Assembly: GCA_903831805.1 (NCBI GenBank)
Contig: CAIKZD010000017.1
Span: 77,249-141,248 of the forward strand
DNA length: 64,000 nucleotides
Direction of reading: 5' to 3'
Source of the DNA: an uncultured bacterium
Lineage (GTDB): Bacteria > Patescibacteriota > Minisyncoccia > Moranbacterales > UBA2206
Made by a program: the position numbers and the translations under genes. Shown here piece by piece: positions 26,650-36,210 of the stretch; the first letter of the stretch is position 1; each line of letters opens with the position of its first letter. The notes below the pieces were generated by a model. The model did no database searches and was not told where the DNA came from. It saw only the letters and a list, made by a program, of their open reading frames with translations.

Positions 26650-28752
26650 TTAGGATTTTTTCCAATATTGCCCCAACCAGGTGATGCCGGCTGGCAAATG
26701 CTTTATCCAGAAAGGCCAATTATGCTCCCCGGGAAAAGGTATTAAATCGGCTTGGAAATCCTTGTTCTTCAATAGGGTGAGTACGTTATTGCCATCGGCA
26801 AGATCAGCTGAGCGCTTATCCGTTATCATTATCACCCTAGTAGTATTATCTTTCAATGTTGGAATGTAGTCAATCGGAGAATTTTCTTGGACTATTTGTT
26901 TGGAAGTTATAAAGGATTTAGTGAGGGGTGTGATGGGAAGTTCGCCGTAGCCGGAAAGGGAGATGGCATAGCCGAAAACATCCTGATGTTTCAAAGCGAT
27001 ATTCAAAGCGCCGAAACCGCCTTCAGATAGGCCGCCAATCGCTCTATGACCAGCATCTGGAATGGTTGGAAAATTATTATCTACGTAATTAACTACAGTC
27101 TTAGCGATAAAATCTTCATTAGGACCTAGCGCGGAATTGATATATTGCGTATCCACGTTATTACTGCCGTTACCATCCGGGAAGACCGCAATGAATGGTG
27201 CAATGCTCCCATCAGCAATCCTTTGATCCAAAGTTTGTTGTGCGCGTCCATGATACAGCCAGTCAGAGGCTTCTCCCGGCGAGCCATGCAAAAGATAGAG
27301 GACGGGATAGTGTTGGCTTTTATCGTTCGGATCGTACCCCTTGGGCAGATAGAGGAGGACTTCACGTGATTTGCCCGGCGCCATTTGTAAAATCGTCTTC
27401 ACGACCAAAGAGCCTTGTTGCAGCCGGGTTTGACTGGCTGTGTCGGCCGCCAATGCATTTGCTTTTAGTAGATCCGAATCATATTGTTTGCCGAAGGGAT
27501 TGTAATTTGGGAAAAAGCGGATCGTGTCGATCAGTCTGTCCGGCCAAAAAGGAAAGATTCGGATATCGTCCGTAAATTGGTCAGGATTCACTTTATACCA
27601 AATGGTCGCTGCAAAAAAAATACTCACCAGAAAAATGGTTATCCCGAGCATGATTTTGGCCATGCCGCCCAAGATTTTTCTGGACATTGTTTTAGGGCGA
27701 TGGACATTGTCTTTACAGCTAGTCCCAAAAAAGCCAGAAACTCTGCCTGATTTTTCTTGGGAAATCAAGCGATGATATAGGCCAAGACTGACCAAAAACG
27801 GGACAAGATAGTAGATGATCCTGAAAAGGACAGAGGCTGCCACAGCGACAGGCAGCGGGGCGCCCAGGATGTGATAGATAGCTACTTCGGACAGGTCTTG
27901 CACGCCCAGGCCGCCAGGAATGAAAGAGACCAAGCCGGCGATAACTGACAGGAAAAAACCAGCCATGAGCGCCATGAACGAAAATGTAAAGCCGAAAGCC
28001 ATGAAGCAAAATTCGAAAATCAAAAGACACAGCAGCCAATCAGCTAGGAAAGTGGCCAACATCCGGACAAAATCTCCTGGTCGTTTCTTGCTCAAAGCAA
28101 GACCGTTGTCCAAGGCTTGGCTGGTGTTTTTCAAGGATACTTGGATATCAATTTTGATGAGGGCGTGGACTAGCCAAGCTATGCTACTAAAAAGTTTCTG
28201 GCGGATTTTTTTCGAGAACAAGAAAAAAGTGAGGGCCAGGAAGAAAACGGCAAAAATCATGAGGGCCGCTTGGAACGCCGGCGCAAAACGCGCGGCAATC
28301 ATCCCGGTCAAAAGGGCATAGGCGACCGAGAAGGCGGAAAAGAACAGAATGACTAAAAAATTCAAATACGAGAAAAAAAGTGAAGCAGCCATGATGTGGG
28401 AGCCTTTATCTTTTTCGTTCTTGAGTAGCATCACGCGTAAGGAATAGCCGACGGTGCCGCCGAGGGTCAGTAGGTTGTTGAAAGCGATGGTGACTACGCC
28501 GATGATGAACAGTTTTTTCCTTTCTGTCGACAGGCCAAAAAGGATGTTGAGCAGGGTGTAAGCTTCGGCCGCTAAGACTAAGGAAACGCCCGTTGCCAAA
28601 AAGGCGGCGATGGCAAAAAACCAATTGGCTCGCGCCAGAACGGACAGGGATTTATTTTTTTCTAAGAATAAAACTAAGCCGAAAGTCAACAGTAAAAGAC
28701 CAAAAATTATTTTGGGCCAGGGCAGGCGCTTAATGGGAGAGGAATTTTTCAT
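26650..28752 (-). CDS. LPG_synthase_TM (flippase-like) domain fused to an alpha/beta-hydrolase esterase
   Basis: PGGLGV...FRIIYY (UPF0104); YPVLYLLHG, GLSEGG nucleophile elbow, GEHNWPFW. Confidence 0.82.
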   Translation of the reverse strand: MKNSSPIKRLPWPKIIFGLLLLTFGLVLFLEKNKSLSVLARANWFFAIAAFLATGVSLVLAAEAYTLLNILFGLSTERKKLFIIGVVTIAFNNLLTLGGTVGYSLRVMLLKNEKDKGSHIMAASLFFSYLNFLVILFFSAFSVAYALLTGMIAARFAPAFQAALMIFAVFFLALTFFLFSKKIRQKLFSSIAWLVHALIKIDIQVSLKNTSQALDNGLALSKKRPGDFVRMLATFLADWLLCLLIFEFCFMAFGFTFSFMALMAGFFLSVIAGLVSFIPGGLGVQDLSEVAIYHILGAPLPVAVAASVLFRIIYYLVPFLVSLGLYHRLISQEKSGRVSGFFGTSCKDNVHRPKTMSRKILGGMAKIMLGITIFLVSIFFAATIWYKVNPDQFTDDIRIFPFWPDRLIDTIRFFPNYNPFGKQYDSDLLKANALAADTASQTRLQQGSLVVKTILQMAPGKSREVLLYLPKGYDPNDKSQHYPVLYLLHGSPGEASDWLYHGRAQQTLDQRIADGSIAPFIAVFPDGNGSNNVDTQYINSALGPNEDFIAKTVVNYVDNNFPTIPDAGHRAIGGLSEGGFGALNIALKHQDVFGYAISLSGYGELPITPLTKSFITSKQIVQENSPIDYIPTLKDNTTRVIMITDKRSADLADGNNVLTLLKNKDFQADLIPFPGEHNWPFWIKHLPAGITWLGQYWKKS

Positions 28753-30443
28753 TTGTTATAATTTTTGGAGCGCGTCAACTTAGATAGGGTGAAAGTGGAA
28801 GTAATCAGATTGACCGGACTGCCAGCATAGACTAAAAAGCGATCTTCCCAGATTGGTTGGAATTTCTTCTTGTAATTATATATCCCTTCAAAGGAAAATA
28901 AAATAGATGCATTTTTATAAATTTCTTGTAACGCCTTTTCCTTGAGGCTGTCGGACGGAAAAGTATTTTCTTTAGAAATCGGAGACAGCCCCAAGTCGAA
29001 GGTTTTATAACCTTTGGCAAAAAAATAAAAAAACATTTTGATGAAAAGAAAATCCATCGTGCCGTTCAAGGCGTCCAGCTTATGGCGCATCAGATCGATG
29101 GTCGCTTCGCCAGTCTTCCAAGACGGGATCTCGTTGGCGAAAGCAATAATTTCGCCCTGTGCATCTTCCACCACGAAAATGCGACACTCACTCAGATATT
29201 CTTCATCAAAATAGCCGACGGTAAAATTGCGTTCGTGCCGCCCGGATTTTTTCAGCCATTCATCCGACAGCATTTTCAATTTTTCCAACATTCCCGATGA
29301 ATGGGGTGGTTCTAGGCAAATGAAGCTATAGCCTCGCTTTTCAAATTTGCGCACGATCCGTGAGAAGTCCTTGCTCGGGCCTAATTCTGTTACAAACTTC
29401 GCGAGATCGATGAAAGCTTCCTGGCCGATGCGCAGATAATTGAGCTTGGCCACTTTGCAGATGGCGCAAAACTCGGCGGTAACGCAATAAAAAGCTGGCC
29501 GCCAACCATAATCTCTAGTGTAGTGGATAAATTCTTCCACTGTGGCTAGCGTTTCACTGGTTGGCCCGATCGGGTCGCCCAGGGCCATCGCGACGCCATT
29601 GGCTAATTCAAAGGAGATGAAGCTGGTTTTGTTTTTATTGAAAAAATAATGTTTACTCGGCCATAATTTGAAGTAGTCCAATGATGAGCGGCCGAACTTA
29701 TCTAAAATCTCCGCGGCCGCTTGGCGCTCTAGGCCGTAACGTTGCAACTCATAGATCGGAAGAAAAACGCTGTAGGCCGCTAAGCTGAGCGCCGAGATGC
29801 CCAAGAAACGGAGCAGCTCCAAAAAATGAGTGGCGTAATGGCTGTGCGGCACTAGGTCGCTATTACCTAGTAATAGATATTCTCGCAAGGTGCGCAGGAG
29901 CGCTTCGCTCAAATGAAAATTGATGCCAAATTCTCGTTGGTCCAAAAACCAAAAACCAGCGGTGCCGCATAGCACTGCTAGAAGAAAACTGCCGGCAGCC
30001 AATCTCACTCCTTGAAAAATATTTTCTCTGGCATAGCGCACGGTGAAATATTGTCGATATTCAAAAAGAAGGACCAGAGTCAGAAGCGCGGTCATAAAAT
30101 AAACCGGATGAGCATGCAGGATATCCACTGAGGATATGATTATCAACATGCCTATAATTGCCCACCAAGCCACAATTTTTCTTCGATGAATGTGATAGGA
30201 AAGGTAGATTAAGGTAAAACCGAGTACGACTGTCAAAAGACTGCTCCGATGGAAAAGCCCGAATGGAGTTACCGTCAATAGCAAGGTAGAAAAATTATTG
30301 GAATGAAAAAAGAATTCTTCAAGAAGGGCCAATAGCCCGTTGAAAAAAGTGAGAACAGCAATCAAGTCGACCTGCCAAGGCGTGGAAAAATAGACACACA
30401 GGTTTTTGTGGAAAAAACGATAGAGCTTGGAGAGTTTACCCAT
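28749..30443 (-). CDS. mprF: Aminoacyl-phosphatidylglycerol synthase (MprF transferase/DUF2156 domain with a short TM region)
   Basis: ALGDPIG, GQEAFIDL, TIDLMRH, GTMDFLF, FDLGLSP, YKKKFQPIWEDRFL. Confidence 0.85.
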   Translation of the reverse strand: MGKLSKLYRFFHKNLCVYFSTPWQVDLIAVLTFFNGLLALLEEFFFHSNNFSTLLLTVTPFGLFHRSSLLTVVLGFTLIYLSYHIHRRKIVAWWAIIGMLIIISSVDILHAHPVYFMTALLTLVLLFEYRQYFTVRYARENIFQGVRLAAGSFLLAVLCGTAGFWFLDQREFGINFHLSEALLRTLREYLLLGNSDLVPHSHYATHFLELLRFLGISALSLAAYSVFLPIYELQRYGLERQAAAEILDKFGRSSLDYFKLWPSKHYFFNKNKTSFISFELANGVAMALGDPIGPTSETLATVEEFIHYTRDYGWRPAFYCVTAEFCAICKVAKLNYLRIGQEAFIDLAKFVTELGPSKDFSRIVRKFEKRGYSFICLEPPHSSGMLEKLKMLSDEWLKKSGRHERNFTVGYFDEEYLSECRIFVVEDAQGEIIAFANEIPSWKTGEATIDLMRHKLDALNGTMDFLFIKMFFYFFAKGYKTFDLGLSPISKENTFPSDSLKEKALQEIYKNASILFSFEGIYNYKKKFQPIWEDRFLVYAGSPVNLITSTFTLSKLTRSKNYNK

Positions 30444-30978
30444 GAATTATTTTCTTAAGTTTGTTTTTTATCCGGTGGACAGCCACGCGTAGAGATGTTT
30501 CTGATTTGTGAGTTGTCTTGACCATCTCTTTATAACTCAAGCCCAAGACAAAGCGTAGCGTAAAAAGTTGTTGTTCCTTGGGGTGGAGCTTTTTAACCAG
30601 GCGATAAATTTTTTCTACCATTATTTTTTCACTTAAGTTTTCATTTTCATCAGTGAGCGTCTGAATAGTTTCCAAATCGAAGAAAGAAATGGTTTTCTTC
30701 TCTCGATAATAATCAATCAGGCGATTTTTAGCGATCCGCCAGACCCAAGCGGAAAAATCTCCGGCGCTTTCGTTAAAGTGCTGAATATTTTTTAAGATAC
30801 GCAGAAAAACATCCTGCGTCAAATCTTCCGCTACATCCCTATTCATAACTTTTTTGATAAAATGGCCGAAGAAAAGCGGATTGAAATAGCCAAACATGGC
30901 TGTGGCAGCGTGTGGATTGCCTTTTTGGATGGAAGCTGCCAGCGTATTCAGATAACTTTTTTTTAAAAATTTTGGCAT
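30436..30978 (-). CDS. ECF RNA polymerase sigma factor
   Basis: AEDLTQDVFLR, FSAWVWRIAKNRLIDYYR, region 4 LSYKEM...VAVHR. Confidence 0.88.
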   Translation of the reverse strand: MPKFLKKSYLNTLAASIQKGNPHAATAMFGYFNPLFFGHFIKKVMNRDVAEDLTQDVFLRILKNIQHFNESAGDFSAWVWRIAKNRLIDYYREKKTISFFDLETIQTLTDENENLSEKIMVEKIYRLVKKLHPKEQQLFTLRFVLGLSYKEMVKTTHKSETSLRVAVHRIKNKLKKIIHG

Positions 30979-30995
30979 ATTATAGTAATATTCCC

Positions 30996-32615
30996 TTAGT
31001 TGTTTAATTTTAAAATAGCCATATTTTTATACAACTTATAATTAAATACAGAACGTCCCAGATGAGTTTCACTCTGAAGCTGTTTGTCCGAGGACGGTTT
31101 CTCAAGGAAGATAACTGGGACATTAGGATTAATATTCTTCTCTTTATATGCTCGGATGATTTCCACGCCAGCCTTGGCCGCTAAATAATAAAAAGGTTTA
31201 TAGTAGCGGGAGAAATAAGCGCTGTCACCATCCAAATAAATCTTTCGAGGCGGTTTAATGCCGCTAATAATATAACTTGTCATATCGTACGCTTCTCTTA
31301 GCGATACTGAACGCGTGTCGCTGTAGGCCATCTTAGTGTAGGCTTGGTAGTTTTGTAAGAGCGTTTGAAATTGTAACAGTATTATCAAGAATGTGGCTAT
31401 TCCCAGGGAAATATATTTAAGTTTACCCTGGTTTTTTTTCCAAAGAAATTCTAGCCATAAGCCGGCAAAAACAAATGGCAAGAAAAAAAGAACAATGTAG
31501 TAGCGGATGGAAGCTTGGTCGATGATTGGCACCATCACTAAAAAGGTTACAGTGGCATAGGCGCAGATTAACATTAAAAAATCTTTTCGTTGTGTGTTGG
31601 TTTCTTGTTTCCAAAAATAAACTAGCAAGCCATAGCCGCCCAAGGTAAAGATTAGACTGCAAAGAATCAGGAGAATCGCGTCTAGCTTGAAAGGTTTATT
31701 TTTCTGAAAAAAACTGTTAACAATATTCCCCGTGTCGCATTTGTCGCCAGTGCCCAAGGAAGTCAGGATGTGTAAATTAGCGGTTGATTGGCAAAAAATT
31801 GCCGCTTCTAAATGTGTCATCAGCTTGCCGCCGCCGGCATTCTGCGAAAAGGCGGCTTTAAATTTATTTGCATTCGAATTGCCATGCGTAAAGTTGTAAA
31901 TAAATTGGCTTGTGTTGGCCAGCAAGACGAAAAATAAAATCACCACACCTTTTTTCAAGAGGATCAGTACTGGCATTTTTTTAACGGCGGCCAAGTAAAG
32001 AAAAGTCAGGACCGTCAGAATCGGCAAAGTAAAAATCAAAATGGCGTGCAATTGAATGCCCACACCGACGGCGATGCCGACTAGAACCGCACTCCACCAT
32101 TTCTCATCGCCGCTTTCCAATAGGGATAAAATGCCCAGAAGAAAAAGTAGGACGAAAAAAGGGATGGAATTAGGATTGAATGCGAAGCGAGCATAAGTAA
32201 TCATGAAATAGGAAAGGCTCAGCAAAAAAGTCAGGAGCAAAGAAAGTTCCTGGGTAAAATATTTTTTGGCGAATAGATACAAAAGTGGAATAGTCAGAAT
32301 GGAAAAGAACAAATCAGGATAGGCTAATTGCCAAGGCGAGGCTCCAAAAATTTTCGCCGACAGGATTTCTAAATGATAGAACCATGGGCCGAGATTGAAA
32401 TGGGTGTTGCCAGCTTCCGGTCCGAGCATGATCCAAGAGCTTTTGCCAGCCAAAACATCGTCCACTAGGGCAGCGTCTCGGGCCTGGTCAGGATTGAAAG
32501 TCAGCCAGTCGCGGAAATGATAGGTGCGCAAAAAGACGCCGAAAAAAATGATCGCCAACAGCATCCATAGATGATATGGGCCGGTTCTAATTTTTTTGAA
32601 AAGAGTATTCCTCAT
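30996..32615 (-). CDS. GT-C glycosyltransferase (GT39/ArnT/PMT-like), paralogue of 21771-23429
   Basis: FLRTY, DQARD, LGP, GPWFY, RFAFNPN, QLH. Confidence 0.82.
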   Translation of the reverse strand: MRNTLFKKIRTGPYHLWMLLAIIFFGVFLRTYHFRDWLTFNPDQARDAALVDDVLAGKSSWIMLGPEAGNTHFNLGPWFYHLEILSAKIFGASPWQLAYPDLFFSILTIPLLYLFAKKYFTQELSLLLTFLLSLSYFMITYARFAFNPNSIPFFVLLFLLGILSLLESGDEKWWSAVLVGIAVGVGIQLHAILIFTLPILTVLTFLYLAAVKKMPVLILLKKGVVILFFVLLANTSQFIYNFTHGNSNANKFKAAFSQNAGGGKLMTHLEAAIFCQSTANLHILTSLGTGDKCDTGNIVNSFFQKNKPFKLDAILLILCSLIFTLGGYGLLVYFWKQETNTQRKDFLMLICAYATVTFLVMVPIIDQASIRYYIVLFFLPFVFAGLWLEFLWKKNQGKLKYISLGIATFLIILLQFQTLLQNYQAYTKMAYSDTRSVSLREAYDMTSYIISGIKPPRKIYLDGDSAYFSRYYKPFYYLAAKAGVEIIRAYKEKNINPNVPVIFLEKPSSDKQLQSETHLGRSVFNYKLYKNMAILKLNN

Positions 32616-32677
32616 TTCTAAATAATCTTATTATTGCGCCGCTAGACAATGCTAGAGTTAATAATAATTTTTATAAA

Positions 32678-32693
32678 TGAAGAAAAAATGAAG
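32678..32693 (-). promoter_or_regulatory. Candidate OmpR-type direct-repeat box (copy 1)
   Basis: Minus strand CTTCA-TTTTTT-CTTCA, 11 nt before TATTAT, upstream of the GT39 operon. Confidence 0.6.
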
Positions 32694-32699
32694 GCAAAA

Positions 32700-33722
32700 T
32701 TAGTTGTGGAGTTGGGGAAGAAGGACGATAACTTCCGTACCCACGCCTGGGGTGCTGGTTATTTCCAGTTTCCCGTGGTGTTGAGTGACAATCTTTTTGA
32801 CAATCGATAGTCCCAGGCCAGCGCCGCTATACTCTGCGGAGCGAGCCTGATCGGCTTTATAGAAGGCTTCGGTGATGTGTGGCAGATCTTTTTGAGCGAT
32901 GCCGATGCCAGTATCTTTGATGGACAGTTTCAATTGACTACTACTTGTCTGGACGGAGACATGGATCTTGCCGCCTGCGGGTGTGTAGTCGATGGCATTT
33001 TTCAAAATATTTAAAAACAGCCTTTCGACATCCAGTCGGTTGCCGAGCATGTTGCCGGGTGTGTTTCGAACAAACGATAAGGTGAGATTTTTTCTTTTAG
33101 CCAAGCTTTGGAAAGTGGTGGTCATTTTTTCCACCAGTGTGTCTAGCGAGATTAGCTCAAGGGGTTGTTCTGATGTGTAGTTATGCCTGGAGAGAAAAAG
33201 CAGTTGATCCACCATGGCTGACATCCGATCGATCTCTTCTAAATTACTAAGCATGACTTGGCGGAACTCTTCATTGGTGACGGTTTTCTTTTTGAGGCTC
33301 ACTTCACAGTCTGTTTTCATAATCGCCAGGGGCGTACGCAAATCATGCGAGGCGTCGGCTGTAAAACGTTTTTGTTTTTCCAAAACTTCTTCGATTGGGC
33401 GCAAATTTTTGCCCGCTAGAAAAAACCCTAGTCCACTGAAAAAAAAGAGGATGATCACGTTACCAATAATTAGCACTTCTTTCTCTTGCTCGTCAGCTTC
33501 TTCAATGGCCACTTGTCTGAGGGCATGGCCCCTAAACTTGTCATTGATGGTTTCTTTGATATTTTTGGCCAGACTGATGTACAGACCGAAACTAAAAACA
33601 ATCATGATGAGGGCGATAATGATTAAGTAGAAAGTGGCCAGCTTGAGGCGCGCCCACAGGAAAAGATTATTCCTTGAACCGGTAACCCACGCCGTGAATT
33701 GTTTCAAATAATTTTTTGCCAT
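32700..33722 (-). CDS. Sensor histidine kinase (OmpR-partner type)
   Basis: ASHDLRTPL H-box, NILKNAIDY, DTGIGI, GAGLGLSI. Confidence 0.93.
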   Translation of the reverse strand: MAKNYLKQFTAWVTGSRNNLFLWARLKLATFYLIIIALIMIVFSFGLYISLAKNIKETINDKFRGHALRQVAIEEADEQEKEVLIIGNVIILFFFSGLGFFLAGKNLRPIEEVLEKQKRFTADASHDLRTPLAIMKTDCEVSLKKKTVTNEEFRQVMLSNLEEIDRMSAMVDQLLFLSRHNYTSEQPLELISLDTLVEKMTTTFQSLAKRKNLTLSFVRNTPGNMLGNRLDVERLFLNILKNAIDYTPAGGKIHVSVQTSSSQLKLSIKDTGIGIAQKDLPHITEAFYKADQARSAEYSGAGLGLSIVKKIVTQHHGKLEITSTPGVGTEVIVLLPQLHN

Positions 33723-34341
33723 CGTTTTTTTGGAATTTATTCCTTAAATTTTTCACATGGACATCCACAATGTTGCTGAAAGAGTCAAAAGAAAAGTCCC
33801 ATAAGCTACTGATGATCTGTTCGCGGGTCAGTACTTGTCCGGGATGGCGCATAAAATATTCCAGCAGGCTGTACTCTTTGAGAGTGAGGGAGATTTCTGT
33901 ATCAAGATAAAAAACTTTTCTGGTGCTGCTGTTTAGGTTGATGTGGTGTCTTGTGAGTTCCATTGGTATAACGACAGCCGGTCTTCTTAATAAGGCCCGA
34001 ATGCGCGCCAGTAATTCTTCGAGCGAAAACGGCTTAATCATATAATCATCCGCGCCGGCGTCCAGCCCGATGATTTTGTCTTCGGTCGTGTCGCGGGCGG
34101 TCAGCATCAGGATCGGCAAGGTAATGCCAAGTTGGCGAATATTTTTACAAACCTCCAGTCCGCTGATTTTGGGGAGCATGACGTCTAAAATAGCCAAGTC
34201 ATAATCTTCGCCGCGGCTTCGCAATCTGGCTTGCCCGGTTTCCCCATCTAGCAAGATATCTACCGCAAACCCTTCGTTTTCCAAGCCATTTTTCAGGCTT
34301 TTCGCTAATTTTTGATTGTCTTCAATGAGGAGTATTTTCAT
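33667..34341 (-). CDS. OmpR/PhoB-family response regulator
   Basis: LIED, LDVMLP, GADDYMIKPF, wHTH VDVHVKNLR..ETIHGVGY. Confidence 0.95.
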   Translation of the reverse strand: MKILLIEDNQKLAKSLKNGLENEGFAVDILLDGETGQARLRSRGEDYDLAILDVMLPKISGLEVCKNIRQLGITLPILMLTARDTTEDKIIGLDAGADDYMIKPFSLEELLARIRALLRRPAVVIPMELTRHHINLNSSTRKVFYLDTEISLTLKEYSLLEYFMRHPGQVLTREQIISSLWDFSFDSFSNIVDVHVKNLRNKFQKNDGKKLFETIHGVGYRFKE

Positions 34342-34362
34342 AGCTATTATTATATACGCAAG

Positions 34363-34424
34363 TGAAGGAAAAATGAAGCCAGTGCAACTTTTTTCGGCGC
34401 CGCTGGAAATTCATATTTTCTTCA
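34363..34424. promoter_or_regulatory. Two divergent candidate OmpR-type boxes (copies 2 and 3)
   Basis: TGAAG-GAAAAA-TGAAG at 34363-34378 (faces the regulator gene) and ATTCA-TATTTT-CTTCA at 34409-34424 (faces ORF 34514). Confidence 0.6.
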
Positions 34425-34513
34425 TTTGTGGAAGTTAAACTAAACGGGTAATTTTTTAAAGGGTCGATTGAAATGAAATGGTAATAATTAAAATTAATTA
34501 AATAATAATATTT

Positions 34514-34828
34514 ATGGATAAATTTAAAAATCAGAAAGTGTATAGCATTGTTGCGATCGTAATTGTGCTAATAGGAGTGTTTTATTTTTGGCAACATTCT
34601 TCAACTAAGAACACCGCTGCTAAAAGTAAGACGACGCAAGTCGCTGGCGTCAAAAAAAGTAAGATTGGCAAGAAGAAAACCGCTGGTCAAACTACGCCTG
34701 TGGCGCCAGCTGCCGGTACGACGACTATTCCGGCTGCACCGAGCGCGACTATAAATACGCCTGCTAGTGCAGCTCCTAATGCTACAACTTCCGATACTAC
34801 TGCTCCAGATGCGGCCGTTCAGCAATAA
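34514..34828 (+). CDS. Small membrane-anchored protein with a Thr/Ala/Pro-rich tail
   Basis: N-terminal TM helix, Lys-rich segment, then low-complexity TAP tail. Confidence 0.7.
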   Translation: MDKFKNQKVYSIVAIVIVLIGVFYFWQHSSTKNTAAKSKTTQVAGVKKSKIGKKKTAGQTTPVAPAAGTTTIPAAPSATINTPASAAPNATTSDTTAPDAAVQQ

Positions 34829-34865
34829 AATAATTTAACTATGGCATCATAAAATATCATAAATT

Positions 34866-36185
34866 ATGAAAAATACTATTCCTGGCCGAGGATCAAATGG
34901 GCGAAATGATCTTGATACAAAAGGATTCAAACAAATGCTCAATAAGGTTCCGGAAATAACGATATTTTTTTGGATTATCAAGGTCTTATGTACGACAGTC
35001 GGTGAGACGGCTTCCGATTTTCTGAATGTCAATATGAATCTCGGCTTGGTGGGCACTTCCATCGCCATGGGCCTCTTGCTGTTAGTAGTCTTCTTCTTCC
35101 AATTCCGGGCTACGAAATATATTCCGGGTCTGTATTGGTTGACAGTGGTGTTGGTGAGCATCTTTGGCACTCTGGTGACGGATATTTTGACGGACAGTAT
35201 CGGCGTGCCACTGGAAGTTAGCACTATCATTTTCAGTACTTTGCTAATTGTGACTTTTGCACTGTGGTACGCCAAAGAAAAAACACTCTCGGTCCATTCA
35301 ATTTTCACGCGACAAAGAGAATTTTTCTATTGGTTGACTGTGCTGGTCACCTTTGCTCTTGGTACGGCCACGGGTGATTTGATGGCAGAGAGTCTGGGCT
35401 TGGGTTATGCTTTGACCGGCCTCATTGTTTGTGCAGTGGTGGCGACTGTGGCGATGGCTTGGCGTTTCAGACTGAACGCCATCTTAGCTTTTTGGCTCAT
35501 CTACATTATGACGCGGCCACTCGGTGCCTCACTGGGAGATTATTTGTCGCAAACTCCCAAATATGGCGGCTTGGGCTTGGGCGCGACCAACACGAGTATC
35601 ATCTTTCTCTTAGCTATTTTGGGTACGGTCATTTTTCTGTCGGTCACTAAGAAAGATTTGATTGCTAAAAAAGTCTCTAAGGAAGAAGTTAGAATGGAAC
35701 CTCAAACTGCTTTTTGGCAAGTAGCCGTGACAATGATGGTGCTACTGCTGGCGGCCGGTACGGGATATCATTGGCGCCACGGCGTACTGCAAGCAGAAGC
35801 GAAAGGTAATGTTGCACAAGACTCATCGCAAAGTGCTTCAGCTGACGCGGCTACTCCTTCTACTGCTACTAATACGGCGCCGGATATGGCTAATAACCAA
35901 GCTCCTAAGGCTTCACCGCTCGGGAACGTTTCTAATTTCCAAAAAATTACCCAGGACACACTGGATATGGTGAATGCGGGCAATTTGTCCGGGGCTAAAA
36001 CACGCGTAGATGATTTGGAATATGAATGGGATAACGCGCAGTCTCGGCTCAAGCCGATGAACGGCGCTAAGTGGACTGAAGTTGACGACGCCGTGGATAA
36101 AGTTTTGCGACAATTACGCGCGGTGCATCAAGACGCCGGTGGCTGTAAATCTTCACTGGAAGCCTTATTAGCCACGCTCAATTAA
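34866..36185 (+). CDS. COG4705/DUF347 membrane protein with a C-terminal helical soluble domain
   Basis: NKVPEIT..FWIIK...TTVGETASD, REFFYW...TFALGTATGD, TRPLGASLGD. Confidence 0.85.
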   Translation: MKNTIPGRGSNGRNDLDTKGFKQMLNKVPEITIFFWIIKVLCTTVGETASDFLNVNMNLGLVGTSIAMGLLLLVVFFFQFRATKYIPGLYWLTVVLVSIFGTLVTDILTDSIGVPLEVSTIIFSTLLIVTFALWYAKEKTLSVHSIFTRQREFFYWLTVLVTFALGTATGDLMAESLGLGYALTGLIVCAVVATVAMAWRFRLNAILAFWLIYIMTRPLGASLGDYLSQTPKYGGLGLGATNTSIIFLLAILGTVIFLSVTKKDLIAKKVSKEEVRMEPQTAFWQVAVTMMVLLLAAGTGYHWRHGVLQAEAKGNVAQDSSQSASADAATPSTATNTAPDMANNQAPKASPLGNVSNFQKITQDTLDMVNAGNLSGAKTRVDDLEYEWDNAQSRLKPMNGAKWTEVDDAVDKVLRQLRAVHQDAGGCKSSLEALLATLN

Positions 36186-36210
36186 ATTATGGCCTTTTAT
36201 TATGGCTATT

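Noticed and set aside
27360-27370. parS site (ttcacgtga core)
   Set aside because: Only the core matches; the flanks do not fit TGTTTCACGTGAAACA, and it lies within a CDS.
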